A stretch of 64,000 nt of DNA from the human T2T-CHM13v2.0 reference genome, Homo sapiens: NCBI GenBank assembly GCA_009914755.4, contig CP068257.2, positions 43,840,001 to 43,904,000 of the forward strand, read 5' to 3'. The position numbers and the translations under genes were made by a program. The notes beneath the pieces were generated by a model, which was not told the origin of the DNA, made no database searches, and was given only the letters and a program-made list of their open reading frames with translations. Shown piece after piece: positions 25,901 to 40,661 of this stretch. The number at the start of each line of letters is the position of its first letter. Position 1 is the stretch's first letter.

Positions 25901-26329
25901 AACCGGCACAGGCTGCACAGCATGGTGTCCCATCGTCAGTGCAATTAGAGGTTCCCGTGGTCTCAGCGCCCTGGGGAGTGGTGGTAGTTCTCACTATATT
26001 GGACGGTGAGGTTGGAGAGGAATGCAGAGCTAACACTGGTGGAGAGGCAGGAGGGCAGGCAGGACGGCACACACACAGGACGTTTAAAACACACAGAGTA
26101 GATCCAAAAGAAGGCAAAACATGAGAGAAAAAGGAATGCAGAACACGTGGGATGAATAGAAACTAGGGAATAAACAGTAGATTTAGGTCCCGATACATCT
26201 ACAGGTGCTGTAAGTATGACGAGGGTAGATACATCCATTGAAGGACAGACATTGTCAATGGGATATGGCTAAACCATGTGCTGCTTACAAGAGACGCTCC
26301 CCGAACGTGAGGGCTGGAGAGGTCGAGGC

Positions 26330-29300
26330 ACCCAGAGGCTGGTGTGGGTTTGGGTGTGTGTGGAGTGTGTGTATGTGGGTGTGCTGAGTGTGTGCAGTGT
26401 GGGGGTGTGGGTGGAGTGTGGAGTGTGTGCATGTGGGTGTGTAGTGTGGGGGTGTATAGTGTGGGTGTGTGTGGAGTGTGTATGTGGCTGGGTTGGGTGT
26501 ATAGTGTGGAGGTGTGAGGGGGTGTGTGGAGTGTTTGTGTTGGGTGTGTAGTGTGGAGGTGTGAGGGGGTGTGTGGAGTGTGCATATGTGGGTGTTGGGT
26601 GTGTAGTGGGGGTGTGTGGAGTGTGTATATGTGGGTGTGTAGTGGGGGTGTGAGGGGTGTGGAGTGTGCATATGTGGGTGTTGGGTGTGTAGTGTGTGAG
26701 GGGGTGGGGGTGTGTGGAGTGTGTGTATGTGGGTGTTGGGTGTGTGGTGTGGGGTGTGTGTGGAGTGTGGCTATGGGGGTGCTGGGTGTGTAGTGTGGGG
26801 GTGTGGTTTGGTGTGTGTGTGTTGGGTGTGTAGTGTGGGGGTGTGGTTTGGTGTGTGTGTGTTGGGTGTGTAGTGTGGGGGTGTGGTTTGGTGTGTGTTG
26901 GGTGTGTAGTGTGGGGGTGTGGTTTGGTGTGTGTTGGGTGTGTAGTGGGGTGTGGTTTGGTGTGTGTTGGGTGTGTAGTGTGGGGGTGTGGTTTGGTGTG
27001 TTGGGTGTGTAGTGTGGGGGTGTGGTTTGGTGTGTGTGTGTTGGGTGTGTAGTGTGGGGGTGTGGTTTGGTGTGTGTTGGGTGTGTAGTGTGGGGGTGTG
27101 GTTTGGTGTGTGTTGGGTGTGTAGTGTGGGGGTGTGGTTTGGTGTGTGTGTGTGTTGGGTGTGTAGTGTGGGGGTGTGGTTTGGTGTGTGTTGGGTGTGT
27201 AGTGTGGGGGTGTGGTTTGGTGTGTGTTGGGTGTGTAGTGTGGGGTTGTGGTTTGGTGTGTGTGTGTTGGGTGTGTAGTGTGGGGGTGTGGTTTGGTGTG
27301 TGTGTGTTGGGTGTGTAGTGTGGGGGTGTGGTTTGGTGTGTGTGTGTTGGGTGTGTAGTGTGGGGGTGTGGTTTGGTGTGTGTTGGGTGTGTAGTGTGGG
27401 GGTGTGGTTTGGTGTGTTGGGTGTGTAGTGTGGGGGTGTGGTTTGGTGTGTGTGTGTTGGGTGTGTAGTGTGGGGGTGTGGTTTGGTGTGTGTTGGGTGT
27501 GTAGTGTGGGGGTGTGGTTTGGTGTGTGTGTGTTGGGTGTGTAGTGTGGGGGTGTGGTTTGGTGTGTTGGGTGTGTAGTGTGGGGGTGTGGTTTGGTGTG
27601 TTGGGTGTGTAGTGTGGGGGTGTGGTTTGGTGTGTGTGTGTTGGGTGTGTAGTGTGGTGTGGTTTGGTGTGTGTGTGTTGGGTGTGTAGTGTGGGGGTGT
27701 GGTTTGGTGTGTGTTGGGTGTGTAGTGTGGGGGTGTGGTTTGGTGTGTGTTGGGTGTGTAGTGTGGGGGTGTGGTTTGGTGTGTTGGGTGTGTAGTGTGG
27801 GGGTGTGGTTTGGTGTGTGTGTTGGGTGTGTAGTGTGGGTGTGGTTTGGTGTGTGTTGGGTGTGTAGTGGGGTGTGGTTTGGTGTGTGTTGGGTGTGTAG
27901 TGTGGGGGTGTGGTTTGGTGTGTTGGGTGTGTAGTGTGGGGGTGTGGTTTGGTGTGTGTGTTGGGTGTGTAGTGTGGGGGTGTGGTTTGGTGTGTGTTGG
28001 GTGTGTAGTGTGGGGGTGTGGTTTGGTGTGTGTGTTGGGTGTGTAGTGTGGGGGTGTGGTTTGGTGTGTGTGTGTGTAGTGTGGGGGTGTGGTTTGGTGT
28101 GTTGGGTGTGTAGTGTGGGGGTGTGGTTTGGTGTGTGTGTGTTGGGTGTGTAGTGTGGGGGTGTGGTTTGGTGTGTGTTGGGTGTGGTTTGGTGTGTGTT
28201 GGGTGTGTAGTGTGGGGGTGTGGTTTGGTGTGTTGGGTGTGTAGTGTGGGGGTGTGGTTTGGTGTGTGTGTTGGGTGTGTAGTGTGGGGGTGTGGTTTGG
28301 TGTGTGTTGGGTGTGTAGTGTGGGGGTGTGGTTTGGTGTGTGTTGGGTGTGTAGTGTGGGGGTGTGGTTTGGTGTGTGTTGGGTGTGTAGTGTGGGGGTG
28401 TGGTTTGGTGTGTGTTGGGTGTGTAGTGTGGGGGTGTGGTTTGGTGTGTGTTGGGTGTGTAGTGTGGGGGTGTGGTTTGGTGTGTTGGGTGTGTAGTGTG
28501 GGGGTGTGGTTTGGTGTGTGTTGGGTGTGTAGTGTGGGGGTGTGGTTTGGTGTGTGTGTTGGGTGTGTAGTGTGGGGGTGTGGTTTGGTGTGTGTTGGGT
28601 GTGTAGTGTGGGGGTGTGGTTTTGTGTGTGTGTGTTGGGTGTGTAGTGTGGGGGTGTGGTTTTGTGTGTGTGTGTTGGGTGTGTAGTGTGGGGGTGTGGT
28701 TTGGTGTGTGTTGGGTGTGTAGTGTGGGGGTGTGGTTTGGTGTGTTGGGTGTGTAGTGTGGGGGTGTGGTTTGGTGTGTGTTGGGTGTGTAGTGTGGGGG
28801 TGTGGTTTGGTGTGTGTTGGGTGTGTAGTGTGGGGGTGTGGTTTTGTGTGTGTTGGGTGTGTAGTGTGGGGGTGTGGTTTGGTGTGTGTTGGGTGTGTAG
28901 TGTGGGGGTGTGGTTTTGTGTTTGTGTGTTGGGTGTGTAGTGTGGGGGTGTGGTTTTGTGTGTGTGTGTTGGGTGTGTAGTGTGGGGGTGTGGTTTGGTG
29001 TGTGTTGGGTGTGTAGTGTGGGGGTGTGGTTTGGTGTGTGTTGGGTGTGTATTGTGGGGGTGTGGTTTTGTGTGTGTGTGTTGGGTGTGTAGTGTGGGGG
29101 TGTGGTTTGGTGTGTGTTGGGTGTGTAGTGTGGGGGTGTGGTTTGGTGTGTGTTGGGTGTGTAGTGTGGGGGTGTGGTTTGGTGTGTTGGGTGTGTAGTG
29201 TGGGGGTGTGGTTTGGTGTGTGTTGGGTGTGTAGTGTGGGGGTGTGGTTTGGTGTGTTGGGTGTGTAGTGTGGGGGTGTGGTTTGGTGTGTGTGTGTTGG

Positions 29301-29460
29301 GTGTGTAGTGTGGGGGTGTGGTTTGGTGTGTGTTGGGTGTGTAGTGTGGGGGTGTGGTTTGGTGTGTGTGTGTTGGGTGTGTAGTGTGGGGGTGTGGTTT
29401 GGTGTGTGTTGGGTGTGTAGTGTGGGGGTGTGGTTTGGTGTGTGTGTGTGTGTGTGTGCA
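26330..29460. repeat. 3.1-kb TG-rich minisatellite, about 80 copies of a ~38-bp unit (GGTGTGTAGTGTGGGGGTGTGGTTTGGTGTGTGTT)
   Basis: Near-perfect periodic array with many (GT)n tracts. Source of the 916-aa minus-strand ORF. Confidence 0.92.
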
Positions 29461-29984
29461 AAGTATATCCTGGAGTAAGAAACATGGTCAAAAATAAATG
29501 TTCATTGAGACAACGGAGCAAGTCTACCAGAGAAAATGAGTAATTCTACATTTCTGTGCATCTAATGAGATAGCCTCAAGATATGACAAGTGAAAAATTG
29601 GCAAAGTGAAAAAGAAAAACACAAATCAATCATTATAGGGGGACTTTCAGCCCAGGGAGATCTGAACAGCAGGTCTGACAGGCGTCACCTGCGAAGGTCT
29701 CCAGGCCACGTCCCCAGCATCGGGACCGGGGTCTGCCCCAGAGGGGCCCAGGCTGGGCTGAAAGCAGGCCTGGCTTCCAGGAACTGTGACCCCACGAGTG
29801 CAGTAGAAGCAAGTGGGAAGTGCCCACAGGGCAGTGGTCTTCCACGTGGCTCAGGAATCCAGGAGAAGCAGGTGGAAGTCAGAAACCCCTGGGAGCTTAG
29901 GTGCGTCCAGGGCATCCTCAGCCCTCACACTGCAGCCGCAGGGGCCTTGCCCTGCACAATCCCCGGTCTCCCAGGTGGTGGGGC

Positions 29985-30320
29985 CTCCACAGCCGGTCAC
30001 CTCCCTCTGCAGAAGGACCCCCAGGGGCTCCACAGCCGGTCACCTCCCTCTGCAGAAGGACCCCCAGGGGCTTCAAAGCCGGTCACCTCCCTCTGCAGAA
30101 GGACCCCCAGGGGCTCCACAGCCGGTCACCTCTCTCTGCAGAAGGACCCCCAGGGGCTTCAAAGCCGGTCACCTCCCTCTGCAGAAGGACCCCCAGGGGC
30201 TTCAAAGCCGGTCACCTCCCTCTGCAGAAGGACCCCCAGGGGCTCCACAGCCGGTCACCTCCCTCTGCAGAAGGACCCCCAGGGGCTCCACAGCCGGTCA
30301 CCTCCCTCTGCAGAAGGACC
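29985..30320. repeat. 43-bp VNTR, about 8 copies (GCCGGTCACCTCCCTCTGCAGAAGGACCCCCAGGGGCT[CT]CA[CA]A)
   Basis: GCCGGT at 29992, 30035 and 30078. Confidence 0.9.
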
Positions 30321-31229
30321 CGGAGCAGGGCCCAGCCCGAGAGGGAGCACGGGTCCTGACAGCAGCAGTGACCTCCAACCCCAGGGACAGCTCCTGTGGG
30401 ATGGGGGGCCCTGGGGGTGTGGAGCCACGTGCTCCAAAGCTTCTGGGTTACAGGGCATGCCTCCAGGGGTGAGGTGGTCCCCACCCCGGTCACGGTTTCA
30501 GGGGAACAGTCACAGGAGAAGGTTTGCCCAGGGCCGTCTAAGGTCCCACCTGGAAGGAGAAGGGGTTTTGTCATCTCCGTTGACAAAATTACAGCTTTAA
30601 GTAGTACCTGTTTCTACACATCAGCCTAAGATGTTAAAGAACAAACAGCATTTAAAGAACAACAAACAGTTATTTGATGAAAATAGATGGGAAGAAGTAT
30701 TAAACATCAAAAATGAGTGAAGGGAAATTGCGTATGTTTTATATATAAAAATAGCAAGGATCAAGAAAGTCCAAAAATCCAAAGTTAATTCTTTGCAAAG
30801 GCGAACAACATTCCTGCACCTCTGCCGGGACTGAGGAAAAGGAGAGAAGCAGCAACAAGCAGGGATTTCAGCAAAGGGCTCCTCCGTGGTCTGGAAGGAG
30901 CCACCTGGAACTGCCACAGCTTCACCCTTGGAGAGGGTGGAGGGACCCTCAAGTCAGGGCCAAGACACAGCTGCCTGCCCACCCTGGGAGGAGGCAGAGG
31001 AGAGATGGGAAGGGCAGGACGCTGGGAGGAAAGAAGCGCGTTGCTCTTTTCTCAGCACGTCTCCCACGTAAGCCCCACAAGTGGATCTGCAGGTGAACTC
31101 TCAGGATGAGTAAGTCAATGTACCGAAGTCACCAGATGGAAGGGCAGTCTAGAAAAACCACCACCGAGTCCTAAGCAATTAAAAATGAAGTTTTAAAAAG
31201 GCACCATTGTGAATAATGTCACAATAAAC

Positions 31230-31990
31230 ATACGTGTGCATGTGTCTTTATAGCAGCATGATTTATAGTCCTTTGTGTATATACCCAGTAATGGGATGGC
31301 TGGGTCAAATGGTATTTCTAGTTCTAGATCCCTGAGGAATCGCCACACTGACTTCCACAATGGTTGAACTAGTTTACAGTCCCACCAACAGTGTAAAAGT
31401 GTTCCTATTTCTCTACATCCTCTCCGGCACCTGTTGTTTCCTTACTTTTTAACGATCGCCATTCTAACTGGTGTGAGATCTCATTGTGGTTTTGATTTGC
31501 ATTTCTCTGATGGCCAGTGATGATGAGCATTTTTTCATGTGTTTTTTGGCTGCATAAATGTCTTCTTTTGAGAAGTGTCTGTTCATGTCCTTTGCCCACT
31601 TTTTGATGGGGTTGTTTGTGGCACATATACACCATGGAATACTACGCAGCCATAAAAAATGATGAGTTCATGTCCTTTGTAGGGACATGGATGAAATTGG
31701 AAATCATCATTCTCAGTAAACTATTGCAAGAACAAAAAACCAAACACCGCATATTCTCACTCATAGGTGGGAACTGAACAATGAGATCACATGGACACAG
31801 GAAGGGGAACATCACACTCTGGGGACTGTTGTGGGGTGGGGGGAGGGGGGAGGGATAGCATTGGGAGATATACCTAATGCTAGATGACGAGTTAGTGGGT
31901 GCAGCACACCAGCATGGCACATGTATACATATGTAACTAACCTGCACATCATGCACATGTACCCTAAAACTTAAAGTATAATAATAAATT
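31230..31990 (+). mobile_element. L1 3'-end fragment (ORF2 C-terminus and 3'UTR) with internal deletion; A-rich tail
   Basis: ATACCCAGTAATGGGATGGCTGGGTCAAATGGTATTTCTAG...CATGTACCCTAAAACTTAAAGTATAATAATAAA recognised as L1 3' sequence. Confidence 0.85.
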
Positions 31991-32206
31991 TAAAAAATTT
32001 AAAAATAAAATAAAAATAAAAAGGCACCATTAACAAAAACATCAGAAAGTATCGGTTAACTAGGAAGAACCTAATTAAATACGCGATCTCTACCGCGAAA
32101 TGGCTAGAAGGGCCTCAGGCAAACCCACCAGTGCTGGGGGCTGCAGAGGGAACCCGGCGCTGTCAGACACCACCTCAGCGAGACCCCGCCTGTCTCTCTC
32201 TTGCAG

Positions 32207-32250
32207 GGCAGTTTCCGTTTGACTTTCTTCAGTTGGAGGCTGAAATGAAG
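32207..32250 (+). CDS. COL18A1: COL18A1 exon w29 (44 bp; [14 protein letters not shown]), follows an 8.5-kb repeat-filled intron
   Basis: ctctctcttgcag|GGCAGT and ATGAAG|gtgggt. Phase 1 carried over from w28 completes a Gly codon. Confidence 0.88.
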
Positions 32251-32611
32251 GTGGGTGACCTCCCTGTGGGGTTGGGGGCCCCCAAGGTCCTGTACATCCC
32301 GCTGGGTGGCTGCTCCCAATTTCTCGCCCCATCCGGCCCAAGCCCCCTTCCTGTTCAGCCCTGCGAGGGGCGCTGGCTCCAGAGGGTGTCGAGGGCGTCC
32401 CTCAGGATGTTCCTGTCCCCGGCTCAGTTTTTGGGGGACTCGGCTGATGCAGTGGGAGGTGGGGAGTCGAGCCCTATTCTATGCAGCCAGCAGCTCCCAG
32501 GCCTGGGCTCCGGAAGCTTCTGACTGCCCAGCCCTGGCTCGGGGGGATGGGAGGCCACCTGTGGCTTGTAGGGGTTCAGGGCTCCCGTGTAACAAGTGTT
32601 TCCGTCCACAG

Positions 32612-32743
32612 GGGGAGAAGGGAGACCGAGGTGATGCAGGACAGAAAGGCGAAAGGGGGGAGCCCGGGGGCGGCGGTTTCTTCGGCTCCAGCCTGCCCGG
32701 CCCCCCCGGCCCCCCAGGCCCACGTGGCTACCCTGGGATTCCA
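32612..32743 (+). CDS. COL18A1: COL18A1 collagenous exon w30 (132 bp; [44 protein letters not shown])
   Basis: tttccgtccacag|GGGGAG and ATTCCA|gtaagt. Confidence 0.9.
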
Positions 32744-33320
32744 GTAAGTCCCAGCCTGTGCAGGCAGAGCCCATGTCCCAGGGGTCTGGGTGCAGGAGCC
32801 GAGGGCAGGTCCAGCCCGGCCTTCGACACCCGCGAAGGCCGGAGCTGCCCCTGCAAGCTCAGCAGCCCCGACATGTCCCTGTCCCCGTGTGGGGACGCAG
32901 CAGGCCACATGGGTGTGGGTGCACTGACCCCGGACACCCCCCGTCCCCCTGCAGCGTTCCATGGCCTGCCCTCCTGCTGGGGCCACGTGCATCCACCTCT
33001 GCTCCTGGGCCGGGTCAGGTCAGATCAGGGTTTAGGCCCATCAGTCCTGAAAGACTCCAGAGAGCCATGGGCCCCAGCTACTGCCTGGGGGCCCACACTG
33101 TTGTCAGGTCTCTGCTGGTCTCTCCCCCGGGATCGCACCCCCAGGGAAGAAGGGGTGATGGTGTGGGGGTTTCTCAGGCTATGGCGTGGGCAGGGAGGGG
33201 ACCGGTGACTCAGAGGCTGCGCTCGCCAAGGGGGTCTTGGCAGCTGCAGTCCCACAAGCTTGCCCGCCCCCAGTCCAGGGCACGAGGTAACCAGGAAGCG
33301 TCTCTTGTCGCCGTCCGTAG

Positions 33321-33944
<624 letters not shown>

Positions 33945-34024
33945 TGAAACGGGCATTCCTTCCTTCCGCCCCTGCCCCCCGCCCTCCCCGCCAAGCCCCA
34001 CACCTCTGCATTTGGTCCCAGCAG

Positions 34025-34153
34025 GTGAGGCTCTGGGCTACACGCCAGGCCATGCTGGGCCAGGTGCACGAGGTTCCCGAGGGCTGGCTCATCTTCGTGG
34101 CCGAGCAGGAGGAGCTCTACGTCCGCGTGCAGAACGGGTTCCGGAAGGTCCAG
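34025..34153 (+). CDS. COL18A1: COL18A1 NC1 trimerisation-region exon w33 (129 bp; [43 protein letters not shown])
   Basis: tggtcccagcag|GTGAGG, a tandem CAGCAG acceptor (distal AG chosen to match the recalled ...SSGVRLW...). Donor GTCCAG|gtgagc. Confidence 0.85.
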
Positions 34154-35199
34154 GTGAGCGCTCTGTGTGACGGGTTCTGGACCCGTGGAAGGGCCGAAGC
34201 CGCCTCCTGGGGCTTAAGGAAGGCGAGAGGCTCAGGCCCCGGACAGGGATGGGAGCAGGTGGCAGCCAGCGCTTGTTAAACTTTCAAACTTTTGGTAAAG
34301 TTTAGTAAAATACTTTTGTGAGCAGTTTTGGGTTTAAAGAAAAGTGAGCTCAAGCTTCTGAAAGTAGATGAACACATGGCGTGTGAGGGGCTCCTGGTGG
34401 GTCATGTCACAGTGAACGTTTACAAAGATAAATGTCACCTCACACACCCGATAATAAGACAAGGCGCCTGACGGGACGAGGCGGCAGGGGGGCTCAGGCC
34501 CTCCAGGGCCACGTGACGTCCACAGCACGGCCCCGGCTGGGGGGCAGGCTGTCCCGTGGCTCTGCACCCCGCGTTATAAACACCAAGGTGGGATGAAATG
34601 CATCCTCTCTGCTTAGCACGGGCCTTGCTCACCAGCCTGGCTCCTCAGACACACCTGGGATTGCCCCTTCCAGGACAGGCCAGCCCCTTTCCTGCTTTCC
34701 CAAAATGGTCTGGGTGGCAGGAGTGGCCGCTCTGATCCAGGTGGGTGCGGCCATGCTTGCAGGGCCCCGGGAAGGTTTACCTTCGTGTGGCAAAGGTGAG
34801 GACGGGTAGAAGCCCCATGCCACTGAAACGGCCTGTGACATCCGTGGGAGCCTCCATGGCAGAACACTGCACACTGACACAGCCCTGACTCCTGGAGCCC
34901 TCCCACCTTCCAACACACCCACCTTCCTTCTAGAGCCCTCCCACCTTCCCTCTGGAGCCCTCCCACCTTCCCTCTAGCACTCCCTCCCTCTCGCCACCGG
35001 CCCCCTCCTAGGCCTGGCCAGCCCCTGCAGCACCCCAGACAGTGAATCCCACTCCAGTCCCTTCATCTGGCCAGGGAGAGGCTGCCAGTCTCATAGCAGA
35101 TGCTGAGCTGGTGCCCACTGTGTGCCAGGTGTGCTTGTAGGCACCCGGATGCAGCCCCATCCTAACTTTCAGGGGCTTTGGTCCTGACAGGAGGAGGCA

Positions 35200-35700
35200 G
35201 GGGATGGCATCCTAGCAAACGCGTGCTGGGAGGGCTGGGTGCTGGGCAGGGAGGGCAACCTGCTGTGGACTGGGAGGGCTGGGTGCTGGGCAGGGAGGGC
35301 ACCCTCCTGTGGGCTGGGAGGGCCGGGTGTTGGGGAGGGAGAGGCGGGTGCTGGGCAGGGAGGGCACCCTCCTGTGGGCTGGGAGGGCCGGGTGTTGGGG
35401 AGGGAGAGGTGGGTGCTGGGCAGGGAGGGCAACCTGCTGTGGACTGGGAGGGCCGGGTGCTGGGCAGGGAGGGCACCCTCCTGTGGGCTGGCAGGGCCGG
35501 GTGCTGGGCAGGAAGGGCACCCTACTGTGGACTGGGAGGGCCGGGTGCTGGGCAGGGAGCGTACCCTGGCACAGGCTTGGAGGGGCAGGTGCTGGGCAGG
35601 GAGGGCACCCTCCTGTGGGCTGGGAGGGCCAGGTGCTGGGGCGGGAGAGTCGGGTGCTGGGCAGGGAGGGCACCCTGGCTCAGGCCCAGCCGCAGGTCCT
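35200..35700. repeat. GC-rich tandem repeat of ~45-bp units (CTGGGAGGGC[CT]GGGTGCTGGGCAGGGAGGGCACCCTCCTGTGGGCT) in the intron between w33 and w34
   Basis: Direct inspection. Produces overlapping ORFs in several frames. Confidence 0.8.
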
Positions 35701-35725
35701 GGGTGACCCTGCTGCTTTCTTCCAG

Positions 35726-35758
35726 CTGGAGGCCCGGACGCCACTCCCACGAGGGACG
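35726..35758 (+). CDS. COL18A1: COL18A1 NC1 exon w34 (33 bp; LEARTPLPRGT)
   Basis: ctgctttcttccag|CTGGAG and GGGACG|gtaagg. Confidence 0.88.
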
Positions 35759-36119
35759 GTAAGGAGCCTTTTTTCTGTTGAGACTGGTGGGTGGTCAGGA
35801 CATGAGGGGGTATGTGCTGTCCCCTGTTTGAGGAACAACACGTGGTCCTTTGGAGTCCTGGAGCTGAACATGTGGCTCACCATCAGCCCCTGCTGCAGAA
35901 ACTGGTGCAGGACACCCCACTACCTCTGTCTCAGCGCTGGCCCCCCAGTACCTCCGTCTCAGCTGCTGGCCTCACGAGGGAGCCCCTCTCATCCCTCAAC
36001 TTTCCCAGTTGTGTCTGCCGCTCATTGCCCTCCTCAAGGTCAAAATCCTTGGGGCCAAAATCCACATCTTGTGTCTTTGCCTTCCCTCACCCAAAGTGCC
36101 AGACACAAGAATGGATATC

Positions 36120-36710
36120 TCTAAGAGTGGTGGGTGACTGGGTGGGTGAATCAATGGGGAGGTGGATGGATGGATGGGTGGATGGAGAGGTGGGTGAGTG
36201 GATACGTAGGTAGATGGGGAGGTGGATGGATGAGTAGATGGTGGACAGGTGGGTGAGTGGATGGATGGTGGTCAGGCGGGTGAGTGGACGGGTGGGTGGG
36301 TGGATGGAAAGGTGGGTGAGTGGATAGGTAGGTAGCTGGGGAGATGGATGGATGGTGGACAGGTGGGTGAGTGTATGAATGGGTGGGTGGATAGTGGGTA
36401 AGTGGGTGAGTGGATGGTGGACAGGTGGGTGAGTGGATGGGTAGGTAGATGGGGAGGTGGATGGGTGGTTGCTGGACAGGTGGGTGAGTGGATAGATGGG
36501 CAGATGGATGGTGGACAAGTGGGTGAGTGGATGGGTGGATGGATGGTGGGCAGATGGATGGTGGATAGGTAGATGAGTGGATGAATGGGTGGATGGATGG
36601 TGGGTAAGTGGGTGAGTGGATGGGTGGATGGACAGGTGGGTGAGTGGATGGGTGGGTGGATGGATGGTGGGTAAGTGGGTTAGTGGATGGGTGGGTGGAT
36701 GGATGGGTAG
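36120..36710. repeat. (GGGTGGATGGATGG/GTGGGTGAGTGGAT)n minisatellite
   Basis: Direct inspection. Antisense ORF 36087-36875 is its translation. Confidence 0.85.
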
Positions 36711-37316
36711 AAATATTTTCGTTTTCCTAAGTGTTGCGTCCAGCTGCTGTCGGCCCCTCCTTGAGTAGAGGTCATGATTCCTTAATTGGCTCAGGAGTGA
36801 GGCCTGATGTGGAGCAGTGTCAGGGGCTCCACAGCGGCCTGTCTCCTCACAGGGTTCAGCCCAGTCTGCTCTCACTCATTTGCTGATTCATTCTTTCATT
36901 CAGCCAGTCAATAGTCATGGCCCCTCCTGTGTGCCGGGTGGCCATGGATATTGCCCTGGGTAACACACAGCCTGGCCCTGTGGAGCAGACAGTGGGGACA
37001 GCCATGTGGACAGGGTGCAGGTGGATGGCAATGGCAGCTGGGTCAGGAGGGGCTGAGGGCCGTGGGGAAAGGTGCAGAATCAATAGGGGCATCCGGACTG
37101 GGGTGCAGGCCTGGGGGCTGGGATTTCTAGGGTGGAGGTCACCTCTGAGGGAGACAGAGCAAGGCCCTGGGAGATTAGAAGGTCGAAGGTCGCCGTGTTG
37201 AGGTCAGGGGCCCTGAATTGGAGCCGCGGCAAAGGAGAGGGCAGGTCAGGGCACGTGGTGAGTGATTGCTGCGGCTTCTGAGCACGGCTGGGTCTGTGGG
37301 GCCTGAGCAGAGGTGA

Positions 37317-38048
<732 letters not shown>

Positions 38049-38051
38049 TGA

Positions 38052-38471
<420 letters not shown>

Positions 38472-38747
38472 TGACCTCTGGGGTGAACTCCCAGCGGGGA
38501 GCTCCCCTCTAGGGCCTCTGGAGGCCACCATGTTACAGACACTGGCGCCTAGGCTGGCGACTTCAGGGCAGGCTCCGGGTGGGTCACACCCCTCCAGGCT
38601 CAGGCCAGGCCTCTGCATCCCTGGGCACTGCCACCTCCCCCAGGGCATCCCATGAGGCCCCCCTGTGGCCCCTTGACCCCCCGCTCCCCCGGCAGTGCCC
38701 CTCAGAGGGTCCCATGCTGCTGGACCAAGTGTCCACACAGGTGATAG

Positions 38748-39338
<591 letters not shown>

Positions 39339-40278
39339 TAGGTTCCCAGTGCCGTGTGAGCAGCTCTGAGAGCCCCAGCCAGGGAAGGCGGGCGGGCGGG
39401 CTCCTATCTGCAGTTTCCCCCCGAGTTTTTGGACAAATCTTATACATGCTCATTACTTTAAAATTACAAAATCCAAAAGAGCATTGAGAAAAATGAGAAC
39501 TGCTCTGAGAAGTCATCATTAGCAATGCGTTTGAGAGCCAGGTAGTTGTAAGAAGGCCCCGAAGGTGCCCCCGGCCCTCTGCTCATGGCGGATAGACTCC
39601 ATGTCTCCCGGATGTCACCAAGCCTGTGGTCAGCCATGTAAGCAGCGCAGCGAGTTTATTCACCGAGAATAAACTCCTCAAAGGGCAACACGGAGTCCGA
39701 GCATGTGTGCCCTTAAAATGTTGACAGAAATTTCCAGGGTATCTAGAAGAACGCTTCGTCCCAAATGTCGCTGTGCCCTCCCCACGTGAGCGCCGCGATT
39801 CTTCCAACACTCATGCATTTAGGGGTGTCTCGGGGTGCCACACAGCGTGTCCCCAGCAGTGCCTGGCCATCTGCTGTAACGGAGATGCACCTGCCAAGGG
39901 TCTCTGACAGGAGTGCTGTGGGCAGGGCTGGGCCCCAGGGAAGGCCTGAAAGCCAGGAGCCCGGGAGGCGGAGCTGGTTCCTAGCGAGGCAGCCACAGGA
40001 AGCCTCTGCTCAGCAGGCATGAGGGCCAGGTTCACCCAGCCAGGCCAAGCCCTGGCCCCTCTCCCCTCTGCCGTGGGTGTGTCTGGCAGAAGCAGCATGG
40101 GGGGCAGTCTGGGAGATGCAGCCCCCTCCACAGGCAGCCAGCAGGGAGGCCATGTGGCCCTCCAGGTTGTGGGAGCCTCTGCAGCCCCCTGGTAACCCCA
40201 GGGCTGGCCTCCTGCCTCCACCTTTCCTGCCCGGGGAGCGGCCTCTGCCCTAAGCAGAGCAGGTCTGGGTTTGACTGA

Positions 40279-40509
<231 letters not shown>

Positions 40510-40655
40510 CCACCGCCTGGATGCGGATGGCCGGAGAGGACCGGCGGCTCGGAGGAAGCCCCCACCGTGGGCAGGGAGCGGCCGGCCAGCCCCTGGCCCC
40601 AGGACCTGGCTGCCATACTTTCCTGTATAGTTCACGTTTCATGTAATCCTCAAGA

Positions 40656-40661
40656 AATAAA
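40656..40661 (+). promoter_or_regulatory. COL18A1: Candidate proximal poly(A) signal AATAAA
   Basis: caagAATAAAagg followed by a T-rich stretch (gtgtatttttttaaaagttt) within 30 nt. Confidence 0.4.

Noticed and set aside
25175-26124. Three overlapping 257-308-aa plus-strand ORFs
   Set aside because: They are all frames of the 61-bp VNTR. 61 is not a multiple of 3, so each frame cycles through the same peptide set.
26771-29521. 916-aa minus-strand ORF (HTPNHTPTLHTQHT... repeats)
   Set aside because: It is a translation of the ~38-bp TG/CA minisatellite. The product is perfectly periodic, lacks stops only because of repeat composition, and has no splice or start context. It is not a gene.
24235-30320. 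Possible CRISPR-like arrays (regular direct repeats)
   Set aside because: These are pure tandem minisatellites with no unique spacers. The host is human, as shown by Alu, L1, GT-AG introns and collagen and SLC19A1 exons. There are no cas genes.
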